This document shows, piece by piece, positions 18,037 to 34,403 of a stretch of DNA of 64,000 nucleotides. Position 1 is the stretch's first letter; each line of letters begins with the position of its first letter. The stretch comes from Eledone cirrhosa (taxonomy: Eukaryota). Under the pieces are notes generated by a model, which did not search any database, was not told the DNA's origin, and was given only the letters and a program-made list of their open reading frames with translations. The position numbers and the translations under genes were made by a program. The stretch spans positions 243,102,001 through 243,166,000 of the forward strand of contig OZ024743.1 of NCBI GenBank assembly GCA_964016885.1, written 5' to 3'.

Positions 18037-20419
18037 CAAAAGTTTTATTTAAGATTGTTGGGTTACACGAGTATATAATTTTATAACTGATATAAAAGCA
18101 CTCAACAGTTTCTGGAGTAGGTTTACGATATTAAACAAATGGAAACTATATTATAAAACCATATTTATTTCGTTATATATATTTCTGGATATCATATTAA
18201 AAAAATATGGTATGCCTTCCTCAGACAAAATACAATACATAAGCTGTTTTATAAATAATTAGTGACATACCTTGTAATAATGCAACTTCCATTTAAAAAG
18301 TTGAATTTGGTAGTGAAACTGTTATGACAGTTATATAGAAAGAAAAACGAAGATGAAAAGAAGAAGATGAAGAGATGTATGTAAATAAAAAAAATGAAGA
18401 AGATGAAGAGATGCATGTAAAGAAAAACAACGGAGCGAGATAGAGAGACAAGGAGAGAGAAATACATTGAGGAGGTGAAAAACATAGTAGGCTGCTTTTG
18501 GACAGATGATCATCGTATATGTGAGAGGTTAAGGAAGGGATACAGTTAAACTAGTGTATAGGAGAAAAAGAAAGAAAGATGATATATTTAAAATATATTA
18601 AAAATATATTATGTCTCATCCATTTGAATTATCAATTTTTATGAATTTTTATGAATTAGGTATTATAATGTAAATATCAGTATTCATGAATGAGACACAT
18701 ATCCATAATGTGTGAAAAAATGACCACATGCTCAGTTTTAAAAATTCTTAGGTCTATAAGCAAAATCTGAGATAAAACTTCAAACATAAGTATATATGCA
18801 TTCTCGTGAAAAAAAGAGAAAAGAGAAGGTTATCTCAAATTCAAGTTGATAAATATAGACGCACATGTGAACCTACGTGATACGCTGCACAGATTCTTAT
18901 ATTTCATGAAAAACTTCAATGCGTTACAAAAGATTCCACCCTACATACATTTACATACATATATACATATATATAGACATAAAATATACAAGATATACAT
19001 TAACATCTAAAATAACATTCCAGCCTCACTTGCATGATCATCGATCAAGCATAGAGTAGACAACAGATATCAATATTAAAATTAAAAACGCCAAGAATAT
19101 CTTCGTCACTCCACAGAGTATCTAGGGACGCAAGAGAACATAGTATGCCACGCATATCGGTCACATAGAATCAGAATCAAAAGCAAATAAAACCAAAATT
19201 GTTCATCAAGCCTTATTTAGCAGAAATCATTCAAAACTTATTCTACAAATGCTCTTATATCTATTATAGAAGTTTATCCAGCTTAAAAATTTATCCAAAA
19301 GATTGGAGCAACGCCAATATTAGGGTAGTTTATTTAATCTCATTAATTATATATTCATGCAGAAAGGTTTAAAAAAAATTGAAGAATCGAAAGAATTATC
19401 GCCAAGTTTCATAAATAGTCAAATACCTTAAGTAAATATACTACATTTTATACTACATTTTAAATTTATATTTATATTTAAATGTTGAGTTCAATCTATG
19501 TCTGCAACAGCTGAATAAATTGGTTCGTAAATTAAGGGAATTTTTAGATTTTAGTATAAAGAATATCTCCTCCGCGCAGAGGTCACATGTCTCAGAAGAG
19601 GAATTAAAAGGAATCCCTTTTGAGATTATATTCCAAACCATCGAATATCCAACTTTATCATGTTTAAGTTGCCAGAGTAGCCCTGATAGCGATGTTGAAG
19701 ATTTTTTATTTGGATCCGTGAAAGAATTTTTGTGATTATTATAGCGAAGTTTAAATTCTGTCGAGGTGGAACCAACATAATTAAAAGAATTTAAATCAGT
19801 TCTAACATTACAGTTGTATATTATATTTTTAACTAAGCAATTGTTATTTAGCGGACATTTAGATCTATCTCTACAGTTACAGTTTTTAGTTGAATATTGT
19901 TTAGGCTATTTTGGCTAGGTTTTAGATTCCTATTATTTATTCTATTAATATTTTGTGCTAAATTTTTGGTGGACGAGTACGTTAATTTTATAGTATGTCT
20001 ATTAAAAATTGAGTGATACTTATGTGTTCTAGGAAGCGTTGTCAAGAGCATTAAAAAATAGTTTAGCGATGTGGGTTTTAATGTTTAGTGAGAGAGGGGG
20101 GGGGGGGGGCAAACCATATTATATTTCTAGTTCTATTTCTTTTCTGGTTTTTGAAATTATTGTAGTGCTTTCTATTATAGTTGTTAAAGTTGTTACTGTA
20201 ATTAAAATTGTTGTTATTTTGGTTAGTTTGTCTATTATCGATGTACATAATTTTATCACTATATCCTGCTCTAGCTAAAGCTTCATTATAATACTGGGCT
20301 TTTTCGTCAAAAAATATTTTTATTGGAAGAGATTCTAGAGATACATTTTTGAACAGAGTTCACTATAGTATTTTTGACAGATCTGGGGTGATTGGAGCTA
20401 AAATTGACATAATTCAAGT

Positions 20420-20425
<6 letters not shown>
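18037..20425 (-). mobile_element. Decayed 5'-truncated Naiad-type PLE (thumb, linker, GIY-YIG, 3' pLTR)
   Basis: Fragments ENLNYVNFSSNHP, IFNRHTIKLTYSST and CDLCAEE..LNLRTNLFSCCRH are homologous to the 8250 ORF. Confidence 0.85.
18078..18231 (-). ncRNA. Type I hammerhead motif at the 3' end of the PLE remnant
   Basis: Minus strand: attttgt-CTGAGGA-agg...cca-GAAA-ctg..cag-TT-ataaaat. Stem II is weak and carries a long insert. Confidence 0.6.
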
Positions 20426-20451
<26 letters not shown>

Positions 20452-20454
<3 letters not shown>

Positions 20455-20802
20455 GTTTGAGGTTCACCACTGTATAGAGCTGGTCTATTCCGTATGGTCA
20501 ATCGTAATGCAATAATATAGAGAGTACTCAACGTAAAGCAGTTCAACCGTTTTTATTTTTGTAGTTGGTGGTGCTATTACGGAGTTAAATATCATAATGA
20601 AATGACAGGAGGCTGGATTTGTGTAAATCCTTGAAAGGTTTATTATACTATGATCATTTCAATGACCGGGTTCCGTATGAATCCGGTGATATCATCAGGT
20701 ATTCGAAATATAATACGTGAATGTAATAGATAAAATCCATGGGGCTGAAAATCGAGGACCTTTCAAGGATTTACACAAATCCAGCCTCCTGTCATTTCAT
20801 TA
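20452..20802 (-). mobile_element. Short ORF-less HHR-bearing element (pLTR-like) with an inverted terminal segment; same family as 56727-57240
   Basis: HHR at 20645-20702 (atac-CTGATGA..GAAA-tgatca-TA-gtat). 20759-20802 is the inverse of ~20595-20638. (TA)n flanks. Confidence 0.8.
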
Positions 20803-20929
20803 TATATATATATACATATATAGATATATATATATACATATATATAAATATATATATATACATATATATATATACATATATATATATATACATATATATA
20901 AATATATATATATACATATATATATATAC

Positions 20930-21020
<91 letters not shown>

Positions 21021-21055
21021 CATATATATACATTATATATATAATATACATATAT

Positions 21056-21096
<41 letters not shown>

Positions 21097-21105
21097 TATA
21101 TATAC

Positions 21106-21138
<33 letters not shown>

Positions 21139-21235
21139 CATATACATATACATATATATATATACATATATATATATACATATATATATATATATTATAC
21201 ATATACATATATATATATACATATATATATATACA

Positions 21236-21435
21236 NNNNNNNNNNNNNNNNNNNNNNNNNNNNNNNNNNNNNNNNNNNNNNNNNNNNNNNNNNNNNNNNN
21301 NNNNNNNNNNNNNNNNNNNNNNNNNNNNNNNNNNNNNNNNNNNNNNNNNNNNNNNNNNNNNNNNNNNNNNNNNNNNNNNNNNNNNNNNNNNNNNNNNNNN
21401 NNNNNNNNNNNNNNNNNNNNNNNNNNNNNNNNNNN
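21236..21435. other. Assembly gap (200 N)
   Basis: N run. Confidence 1.
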
Positions 21436-21889
21436 ATGAATGACTGGGACAGACCAATCCGGTTGAACTAGACTGAACCAGTATCAGAGTTAAAAATACA
21501 TTATGAAGAGAGAAGAAACATTTAGATATAATTAGTAATAAAATGTATCATACCTAAACTGCTCCTAGATTCCTCGACAACGTAGTTTCGTGGCATAAAC
21601 AAAAACAATACATCATAAAGATATAGAGTCCTTGCGAGGTCTGCCGAATTATCAAGAGGGTACCTCATTTTACTAGCCTCAAGAATGCGTCTACACGAGT
21701 CATTCATTGAGCAACATCGGTGAGGTTGGCACCCTTAACTCACAGTTGGGTGTGGATGCATTCATGTATATGTGTGTGTCCGCATGTATCTGTGTGTTTC
21801 TAAATATATTATATATATATATATATATTTATATACATATATATATTTATATACATATATATATTTATTTATATATATATACATATATA

Positions 21890-22027
<138 letters not shown>

Positions 22028-22114
22028 ATATACATATATATATTTATATACATATATATATTTATTTATATATATATACATATATATATTTATATATATA
22101 TATATACATATATA

Positions 22115-22243
<129 letters not shown>

Positions 22244-22264
22244 TTTTATATATATATATATATA

Positions 22265-22355
<91 letters not shown>

Positions 22356-22364
22356 ATATATATA

Positions 22365-22752
<388 letters not shown>

Positions 22753-22760
22753 AATATATT

Positions 22761-22961
<201 letters not shown>

Positions 22962-23237
22962 AGTATATATATATATTTATATATAAATGAGAGGTATAGA
23001 GATTGTTTTAGCAAGAAGCTAACGGCATTCTATAACATATATGCGACTATAACGTCAAGATGGGAAAAGTAGTTAACGAAAGATTTAGGAAAAATAACTC
23101 AAACTCATCTCAAAAGAGAATCAGGATATAAATTCATCCACAGAATTTAGTAAAATCCAGGGAAAATCTATAGACCTTTAACTCATGATAAAATAAAGTT
23201 TGAAACACTTATCCTTCAATTTGGAATAACATCAAAT

Positions 23238-23319
23238 GCTCTATATAGTCTTAAAAGACTATTTCATGAAAACTTTCAGTGGAGATGGTCACGGTTGGAA
23301 TTTCAATCATCAGCAGAGC
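23238..23319 (-). ncRNA. Type I hammerhead ribozyme with a stable stem III
   Basis: Minus strand: gctctg-CTGATGA-ttgaaa...tttcat-GAAA-tagtct(ttta)agacta-TA-tagagc. Confidence 0.85.
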
Positions 23320-23378
23320 TCAACAGAAAACCAGGGCTCTCACAGTAATATATATTTATATATATATATATATATATA

Positions 23379-23712
<334 letters not shown>

Positions 23713-23744
23713 TATATATACATATATTTATATATACATATATT

Positions 23745-23815
<71 letters not shown>

Positions 23816-23818
23816 ATT

Positions 23819-23849
<31 letters not shown>

Positions 23850-23854
23850 GTATT

Positions 23855-23887
<33 letters not shown>

Positions 23888-24036
23888 ATATTTATTTATA
23901 TATATATATATTTATTTATATATATATATTTATTTATATATATATATTTATTTATATATATATATTTATTTATATATATATATATATAACTATTTATATA
24001 TATATATTTATTTATATATTTATTTATATATAAATA

Positions 24037-24259
<223 letters not shown>

Positions 24260-24338
24260 ATTTATATATATATATATTTATATATATATATATATATTTA
24301 TTTATATATATATATATTTATATATATATATATTTATT

Positions 24339-24369
<31 letters not shown>

Positions 24370-24424
24370 ATATATTTATTTATATATATATATATTTATA
24401 TATATATATATTCATATATATATA

Positions 24425-24480
<56 letters not shown>

Positions 24481-24481
24481 T

Positions 24482-24613
24482 ATATTTATTAAAATAACAG
24501 ATTAAAGTTTAAGCAAAGAATCGCTGCTTTCACCCTTAACGAGATCTTCATCCCGTTAAGGGTGAAAGCACCGATTCTTTGCTTAAACTTTAATCTGTTA
24601 TTTTAATAAATAT
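24482..24613. repeat. Near-perfect ~64-bp-arm hairpin formed from a truncated HHR-containing end
   Basis: 24482-24545 is the reverse complement of 24550-24613 with about 2 mismatches. Each arm has stem II-GAAA-gca..tgc-TT. Confidence 0.8.
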
Positions 24614-24703
24614 TTGCTCTACGGTTCTTCTATATTTGATATATATTCATCCTTATCGAGCCCTCTTTGGATTTTAGTCTTCAAATTTATTATTATTACT
24701 ATA

Positions 24704-24777
<74 letters not shown>

Positions 24778-24798
24778 AATAAATATATATATATATAA

Positions 24799-24841
<43 letters not shown>

Positions 24842-24861
24842 TATATATATATATACAAATA

Positions 24862-24897
<36 letters not shown>

Positions 24898-27538
24898 AAG
24901 CTCATGCAGCGCTCACGTAATGGAGAGATAGCATGCTTTCCAACAGACAAGTCTGGCAAAATGTCGGTTGACAGCCTGCCAAACTACATCCAGGCAATGC
25001 AACCCCACATCACTAACACAAGAGAGGTAACACCACAGGAGCATGAGGATAGAGAAAAAACCCTCAATGCCCATATGGTGATGTGGACAAATATAATGCA
25101 GCCCAACAAAAGGACTGCCAACAACTTCCAGGCCTGGAACAATGACGTGCCGGCGTTGTATGGGCTTCGTAAAGACCATAAAACGGGCTGGGACCCTGTC
25201 GCGGGACCACCAACACGGCCAGTCTGTGGGGCTAACATTGCTAGTAACTACAGACTGTCCTACTTCCTCTCCCTGATCATACGCCACATCATTGAGATGT
25301 CCCCAGATGTGTGTGACAGCACGGAGGACCTCCTCAGCAGAATTGGCGTGGGTAACCGATCTGGGGACCTAACAAACTGCATAATAGGCAGTATGGATGT
25401 TGTGTCCCTGTATCCATCTATTGACGTGGATTTTGCTGTGGAGAAATGCGTCGAAATGATCAGCGAGAGCAAGGTTGAGTTCCGTGGGATTGATACCAGT
25501 GAGCTGGGACTTCTACTTAAGCTTGCCCATAGTAATAGTTACCTAGACACTTATGACCTTAGCAACCTGTGCCCTACAAGACCAGCAAGAGGCAGACCAC
25601 CTACCATTACCTCAATGGCCAAGAAAACCCACACAGATAGATGGAACGGGTGGACCAGAGCCATACGGACACCCGAAAACCACGATGAACTGAAGAAAAT
25701 GATTGCACATGCGGTAGGGGCCAGCATAAAACTAACCCTTAAGGAACATATGTTCAAATTTAATGGTAAAACATATGCCCAAGAGGAAGGAGCAGCCATT
25801 GGTGTTAGCATTGCAGGCGACATAGCTAACTTATTCATGGTATGGTGGGACAGTAGACTTAAACAAAAACTTAATGAACAATTAGAAGACAGCTTAACCC
25901 TGATAATGTACTCCCGCTACGTAGATGATATAAACATCGTAGTTAAGACACCCCCCACTAAAGAACAGTCAGGAACTAGAGAAAAACACAATGGAAAGCA
26001 TCCAGCAAATAGCAAACTCCATCCACCAGAGCATTAGAGTTACTATAGACTACCCAAGTAGACACCCCAACCATCGATTACCTGTACTAGACACAGAGCT
26101 CTGGTTAGATACTATTAACAACCAAAAACAAATCCTCCATTCCCATTATGCCAAACCCATGACTTCCAAACATCTGATCCACCGAAACTCGGCCATTTCG
26201 GACCATACCAAAATCAACATACTGATTGCGGATTTGGTACGGGTGATGAGAAATGTGTCCCGCATGTGCAACCCCGAAGAACTAGAGAGACACATACAAC
26301 ACTTCATCCACCGTATGCAGTTCTCTGGCTACAATCAGAGAGATAGAATCAGAGTGTATAAAGGAGCCAGAACCAAATGGGAAAAAATGGTAAATAATGA
26401 CATAAATGGGACCTGCCCCTTGTATAGGAGCAAATTTTGGAATAGAATAGAAAGAACTAAGAACAAGGACAATAGAATAAACTCATGGTATGATAGCAAT
26501 AAATACCAGAGTGTAATGTTCATCAATACAACCCCTAGAGGCGAACTAGCCTACAAATTTAGAAGGGCCCTAAAGAAACATAATCTCAATATTAAGATAG
26601 TAGAAAGACCTGGTACCTCCGTAAAAACACTTATTAGCAAGACATACCCGTTCCAAAGACCCTCATGTATAGATAAGAAATGTACAACCTGTAAAATAAG
26701 CCCCCATATTAACTGTAAAACTAGAAATGTAGTATATAGCATAAGATGTACTGAAGGACAATGTAGAAACAAAAATGTAGTGTACATAGGTGAGACAGCT
26801 CGTAGTATAGGGGAACGAATAAATGAACACTGGCGAGACCTCCAAGATAGTAAAGAATCATCTGTGCTCTACCAATATGCTAAGATAGAACACAGGGGTA
26901 AATTAGAGAGCATAGAAATAAAAATAGAATCCACACACAAGAAAGACGCAATGTTTAGGCAAATTACAGAGGCAGTAAGCATAAAAGAATTAAAACCAAA
27001 ATTAAATAGAAAATATGAGTGGAACAGCAACATCACAACTTACAATTAAGGACAAAATGAAAACACACACACACATAGAACAAACAACCAACCAACAATA
27101 AATAAATAAATAAACAAACAAATAGAAAAATATAAATAGAAAAATAGAAAAATGAACACAAACACACACAGACACCCGGATGTGGCGCATGCGCAAACTG
27201 AGCACGCAACCCACACACAAACAAAATGGCGTAGGATAGAAGAAAGGAAAGGCACAGAAACGAAGAAAGAAATCCCCAGTCACTGAAGAGGTCACAGAGT
27301 GTGTGACGAAAGAACTATGACTATATATATATAAACAACTATCTGGTTGTGGAACCAACCAACCAACCAGAAATTTATAAATTTGTAAATTTATAAATAT
27401 TTAATAAATTAAATTGAAGTGAAAGCAACTGGTGCGTGTGTTTCTTATTGGCAACATGACCCTCCCAAAGTATAACAATATCGGTTTCAACACACGATTT
27501 CAGATAAAGAATCTTGCTAAACAAATTCAGAAACGAAA
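24898..27538 (+). mobile_element. 5'-truncated Penelope-like element (Neptune-like) with one frameshift near 25990 and a 3' pLTR with HHR
   Basis: RT motifs GSMDVVSLYPSI, GAAIG..IANLFMVWWD, YSRYVDD. Cys linker CIDKKCTTC..C. GIY-YIG VVYSIRC..YIGETARSIGERINEH. (TA)n flanks. Confidence 0.9.
27278..27322 (+). ncRNA. Minimal type I hammerhead ribozyme
   Basis: agtca-CTGAAGA-g-gtcaca(gagtg)tgtgac-GAAA-gaac-TA-tgact. Confidence 0.8.
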
Positions 27539-27551
27539 TATATATAAATAT

Positions 27552-27582
<31 letters not shown>

Positions 27583-27589
27583 AATATGT

Positions 27590-27644
<55 letters not shown>

Positions 27645-27743
27645 AATATAGTATATAAGGGAGAGGATCAGGAGTGTGTAACACTCCACTTATCCAATAG
27701 GCAGTATAAGGTTAGCTCGATGTCTGCGGACAGAGCCGTAGTA

Positions 27744-28367
27744 TAATTAACAACAAAGAACGCTTAGAGCATAGGTATATCTTTACTTGCTAACAGTGTT
27801 TCGTCCACACTATAAGTGGGACTCATCAGAGCATAAAGAGTGATTACATATTACACAAGCAATAACAAATCCAAGACATTGAAGAAATAAAAAATAACAT
27901 ATCATGGACGAGTATGCAAAAGCTAAGAGATGGATGGTGGATATACAATGGGTAAAACAATGGGTAAAAATACAATGTTTACCCTTTTTACCCATTGTAT
28001 ATCCACCATCCATCTCTTAGCTTTTGCATACTCGTCCATGATATGTTATTTGTATTAGTCTATACTATATGTGTTGCATATGGCTGCCTGTTGTGTGGTT
28101 GCATGCGGGTGCTCATGCTTATGCGTATGCTTGTATGTAACTGTATGTTAACAGCACCCTGCCCAACTGTGACTGATAGCACCTCTTATTTTTCAATGTT
28201 TATTTTTCAATGTTTATTTTTTATTTCTTCAATGTCTTGGATTTGTTATTGCTTGTGTAATATGTAATCACTCTTTATGCTCTGATGAGTCCCACTTATA
28301 GTGTGGACGAAACACTGTTAGCAAGTAAAGATATACCTATGCTCTAAGCGTTCTTTGTTGTTAATTA
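27744..28367. mobile_element. Fold-back ORF-less element with a hammerhead on each strand (27788-27833 minus, 28278-28323 plus)
   Basis: 27744-27897 is the inverse of ~28213-28367, and ~27893-27960 is the inverse of ~27986-28051. HHR: tgct-CTGATGA-gtcc..ggac-GAAA-ca(c)tg-TT-agca. Confidence 0.85.
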
Positions 28368-28429
28368 TATATATAAATATATATATATATATATAAATAT
28401 CTTTATATATAAATATATTTAGATATATA

Positions 28430-30071
28430 AATATCTCCCGCCTGTCGTCCAACCAGCAAACCTTCAAAGAACATGCCAAATATTATGATAATGCACTTAG
28501 GAAGGCTGGACACCTAGATAATATAGAGTATATAGTCGACGATCACCAAAACACCCAAAATAAATCTCATAGAGGTAGAAATAGCACAGAATCACCACCA
28601 TACATACACTACCGCAATAGACACACTAATAGTAGCACACCACCAAACAGAAGGCGATGTAAAGAGTATATACGGTACAACCCGGTCTATAACAACTCTA
28701 TTAAAACCAATCTACCCTCACAATTCTTTCGATTAGTTAAAAAACACTTTCCAACATCACATAAATATAATAAAATCCTAAACCCTAACACTATTCGACT
28801 ATCATATTCAACCGCCCCTAATATTGAACAACATATAAAAAAAGCTTAACGCAAAACGGTTGTATAAACGCCTTCCAACACATAACAATACACGTAAAAC
28901 ATCGGCTATAACATCACAAAACAACAAACAACATCCCGTCCTACCTAAGCAACCTTATCAACCCATCCATGCCAATACAACAACGCAAAATTATAACTCT
29001 AACTGTGTCCAACCAGGAATGTGTCCGTTGAACAACCAGTGTCTTGAACGCAACATCATATACAAATGTACTATAGAATCGGATAGCCAGAAGTGGTACT
29101 ATGTGGGGTCTACAGCTACCTCCTTCAAATCTCGCCTTTATAGACATCGTTACTCGATAAAACATGAAAACCAGCGTTATGTAACAACACTCGCAGACAA
29201 GGCTTGGCAGCTGCGCGAAAATAACCAACAATTTAACCTAAAATGGGATATAATATCGTCTCCCCCTGCATAATCCCACGGACAGGAATTTTGTAAATTG
29301 TGTAATATGGAATTATTTTGTATTATGAAATCCAAAAATATTTTATTAAATAACAGAATAGAGCGATCGTTATACTGTAACCATCGCTTGAAATCTACAT
29401 ATTCATATTACAAATACTACCAGGATTGAACGCCTGCTCCATCTCCGTTTGATTGTCAAAATACATATTAACATTCTCTATTAGTCTTAATTCTATCAAC
29501 TCTTCTATTCTTTACCATTTAATATAAACTGCTATAGATAAAATGAGATTTCTTAATTCAATTCCCTAATGCATATACCAGCAGGCTTCCAGCATTGTTG
29601 TTATACAGTAGCAGTGAAAATCTCCCTCTTCCTTAATTGACACTTTATATCTATTAATACTACTACACCAAATGACCAGCCCTGTCCATTGTTAAATTGG
29701 TCAAGTATAGATTGAAATAGGCACTCCCAAAAATTCTTATTTAGATAAAATAAGCCATATAATCATTGTATTCTCATTAGAAATTTTTTATATATTTTAC
29801 CAGTAAATTGAATTGCCATCTGTCATATACTATCCCCTCTCTTCTTCCTTTCTTACAACTAATATAAATACTTCAATTTTTCTGATTTTTTCCAATTTAT
29901 CCAATATCTCTGAAGAAGTGACAACTGATTATACATTTTCTATCGAATACTTGCTAACATTATATGATTACGCAAGCAGCGATACATAGGTATTCCGTCT
30001 GTTACAGAAACATATGTCAATACCTAATAAATTCCTTTATAAAAGCACTTTCATTTTATATTCATCTTTTC

Positions 30072-30072
<1 letters not shown>
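28430..30072 (+). mobile_element. Decayed 5'-truncated Naiad-type PLE with HHR motif at 29905-30022
   Basis: CPLNNQCLERNIIYKC..YYVGSTATSFKSRLYRH. HHR core CTGAAGA-agtgaca..tgttaca-GAAA-catatg-TC with an imperfect stem I. Confidence 0.85.
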
Positions 30073-30901
<829 letters not shown>

Positions 30902-33200
30902 TAATAAACGAAAGATAGTTACTTTAGACCATTTCTATTTATTTTATTATACATATTTCAAAGATGCAAGGCTTATGTATAACATGATCTAAAACATGTT
31001 CTCGTCAGACAAAATACATTGAATATACAGGATTCTTTTGATATAGTGGCAGTCAAACAAGCTGGACATTTCGGTGACAACAAAGTATATGATTAGAAAA
31101 AAAACCAACACAGGAGATGTTACGTGAGTGGGAAAGAAATAGTTGAACTCAACGTTTTGAAATTAATTAAAATATGACCAAATTAGATTGGTAAAAAAAT
31201 AAAAATATATAGACCGTTAGTTTATATGTTACTTATATTGATTTAAAATAGATACTATACTAAAATATGTATGTATATATATATATTATACAACATAAAT
31301 AACAATCAAATTGTGTTTAAGGCATTTAATTGCTTACGATTGTTTTATCCAGATATAGGTGGAATCATCAGAGCATATAAAAGGTTAAAACAAATATATT
31401 CTTAATCATTAGAACATTTAACAGGATACATTATATGTGAGAAGACTAATTATAATTGTTAGTGTTAATCACAATATATTAAAGAGCAAGAGCAAAAGAA
31501 AGTTGAACAGATATCAAAATAGTAATGAAATATTATAACGAAAAATTGTATCAAAGCTATAATATAAATATTATAAGGTATAAGGTATATATAAGGATAT
31601 GGTTATTACTTATAACAAAAAATCATAGCAAAAATATTATAGCAAGAATATCAAATAAAACATATTAATAACAGTAGAGTACATGCAATATAGGTAAGAA
31701 AATTGTGTAATAAGAGCATACATGTAGGTATTAAAAATTATAAATATCAAAAGATATATTGATTTTAGGCAAAAAGCTTTATAATGATAGTCATAATGTT
31801 CATGCAGAAGAATATATTGCCCATAAGTATAAAACATAGAAGCATTAAGTATAGAATTGTAAAGTTCGAACAAATACAGTAAAAAAACATATAATCCAAA
31901 AATATGGAGTTTAAGATATTTTTCTTTAAGGTTATAACAACTAGAGTACCAATTCGATGTCCTTGCAGTCGTGTTATACCAGATGTTTCAATTCTATATG
32001 TATAATCGATAGTATCACTTATAATTAGTAAATAACTGTTTCTACTTTTGGCACAAGGCCAGCAATAACCCAGTGCATTACTGGTACTTTATTCTATCGA
32101 CCCCGGAAGGATGAAAGGCAAAGTAAATAACGTTGATTGATTATATGTAGTTAATGCACTTGTTGCTTGACTTTTTCAAAATAGTACCTCAAGCTGGACA
32201 TGGGTAAAATTAAAATATCGGCCAGTAAAAAAACCTTTAGATTGTGTGAGTATAAATAAACTTGTATTAAACCTTTAAAATTTGAAAAGTGTGGAACAAA
32301 TCTAGATGTAGATAGACTAGGGGGGGGGGAGGTAAATTACATGTTTACAGTTATATGATTATTAAACTTAAAAATATTGAGTTATAGACTTATTGAGAAT
32401 AAAAATAGAATATTAAGAAGTATTAAAATAACTCATATATTACAATGTTATAAACAATTTATATTATTTATATATTTATCCTTTACTATATTGTGTTATT
32501 AAAATATTATATTCTTAAAAATAGAGGATAAAATGTGACTAAGTTAATAGTGTGGTCAAGTATATTAAATAATATGATGGGTCCAATGCCTGATATAAGG
32601 GGGAATTATACAAAGGTATACAAAAATTAGATGATTTAAATCTAAAGGTATAACTAGTATTGGAAATGTGGGTTTAGATCTGACATTGTTATAAATTATC
32701 GCTAGTGAAAAGAGAGTTGGTGTGGACACGTGGAAAAAAGTTCAGATTTTCTATTTAGTAAGTTTAGTTTAGAATAAATAATAGTGACAGACTCAAGGAG
32801 ACAGAGGTTACAAAGTTTGTTGGGAAGTTTAGCTAACACATTCCATTGTAGGGTGTAAGGTTTGTTGCTAGTTTTCAATGAAGATATATATGTAGATCAG
32901 GAGGTAGCATGCTTGAGTTTAGAATTTTTAAATGTATGAAGATGGAAATTATATCTCGTCTTAACCTATTCAAGGTAGAACCAATATAAGTTTTAGAAAT
33001 TGTAGATGTGACCGTACATGAGTAAACAATATCCTTAATTAGGCAATTTTTTCCCAGAAGGCAAATTTTATTCAGGCTGCAGCTACATTTGATATAGTTA
33101 TTAGTATATTGGTCTTGAGGGTGTGTGAATGTATGGTTATTAGAGTTAGAAATGCAAGTGTTGAGATTATTATAATTATTATTATTACTATTAATAAATG
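30902..33200 (-). mobile_element. 3' half of a decayed Naiad-type PLE (GIY-YIG, 3' region with HHR at 30941-31015 and a decayed HHR at 31331-31375)
   Basis: CSCSLNKICLLGKNCLIKDIVYSC..TYIGST. HHR: attttgt-CTGACGA..GAAA-tatgta-TA-ataaaat. Confidence 0.75.
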
Positions 33201-33792
33201 AATTGAGAGACTGAGCATAAGAGGAATCAAATGCTGTGTGCAGGAGAGGCGGTTGCATTGGTATGAACATGTGATGCGTATGAAGGATGACAGCTGCATA
33301 AAAAGGTGCAGAGCACTAGAAGTCAATGCAAACCGCGGAGTGGGGAGACGCAAGAAGACCTGGGATAAGGTGATAAATCCAACCTTACCCAATTACACCT
33401 CTCAAAGGCGATGACACAACCGTGACCTCTGGCGCCACGCAGTAATACAGAGTACCCGACCTCCCATGGGTACAAGCTGAAGCATATAGACAATATGCCC
33501 CCACACCCTCCCACTGCAAAGGGGTCGTGGAGGTGCCACGGCAAAAAAGCACCCAGCCCTCACTGTAAAGTGGACGTGTAGGCGCCATGGAAAAAAAGCA
33601 CCCAGCACTCACTGTAAATGAGGTTGGTGTTAGGAAGGGCATCCAGCTGTAGAAATCAAGCCAAAATCAGTTCCTGTATGAGCAAGGCATGGTCAGCCGA
33701 CCAGACACTGCCCACAACAGGACAACCTGTCTAACACATGCTAGCATGGAAGAACGGACGTAAAACGGTGGTGATGATGATGATGATGATGA
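33200..33792 (+). mobile_element. RTE LINE 3' fragment, subfamily 2, with (GAT)n tail
   Basis: Near-identical to the 3' end of the 51175-52814 copy. GGAAGGGCATCC motif and GAT tail. Confidence 0.9.
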
Positions 33793-34403
33793 CTATTATC
33801 AATAGTGATTATTATTACTAGTACCAGTAATGTACTGGGTAATTGCTGGCCTTGTGCCAAAAGTAGAAACAATTATTATTACTACTAGCAGAGGAACCGC
33901 CATTCGGGCAGTTTTCTGCTTTCATATATAGTGTGTATATTGATATACACAAATATATATGCACATAGATATAATACGTAAATTGACAATATGCACATAA
34001 ACTGAACAAAGACTGTGTTACACTTACTTCTGTAATCGGTAAAGTAATCCATGATACATTTTTTAAAAAAGGCGATAATGGAGATGGAAGCGCGATGAAA
34101 CTGTTGACGGAAAATGTTCATGAATCTTCACTTGAGAATATCGATGGGAAGCTTCAAGCAGTGAATTTGAAAATAGATGCAGCTGGTATGAATGAATTAC
34201 ATTTACCAATATGAAGAGTTGACCTTCGCTATATTGTTGTTTTACTGTATTCACATATAGACTTCTTAAGTTTTTGTAGTGTCCCTTTTCTAGCAGTTAA
34301 AAAGAAACTGAAATGCATTTCAACTAAACGAGAGTGATAGTTGTTTCACATCACTGTAGAATTTCTTTGTAGACACAGTTGTCAGCAAACAGACCCCTTT
34401 CAT

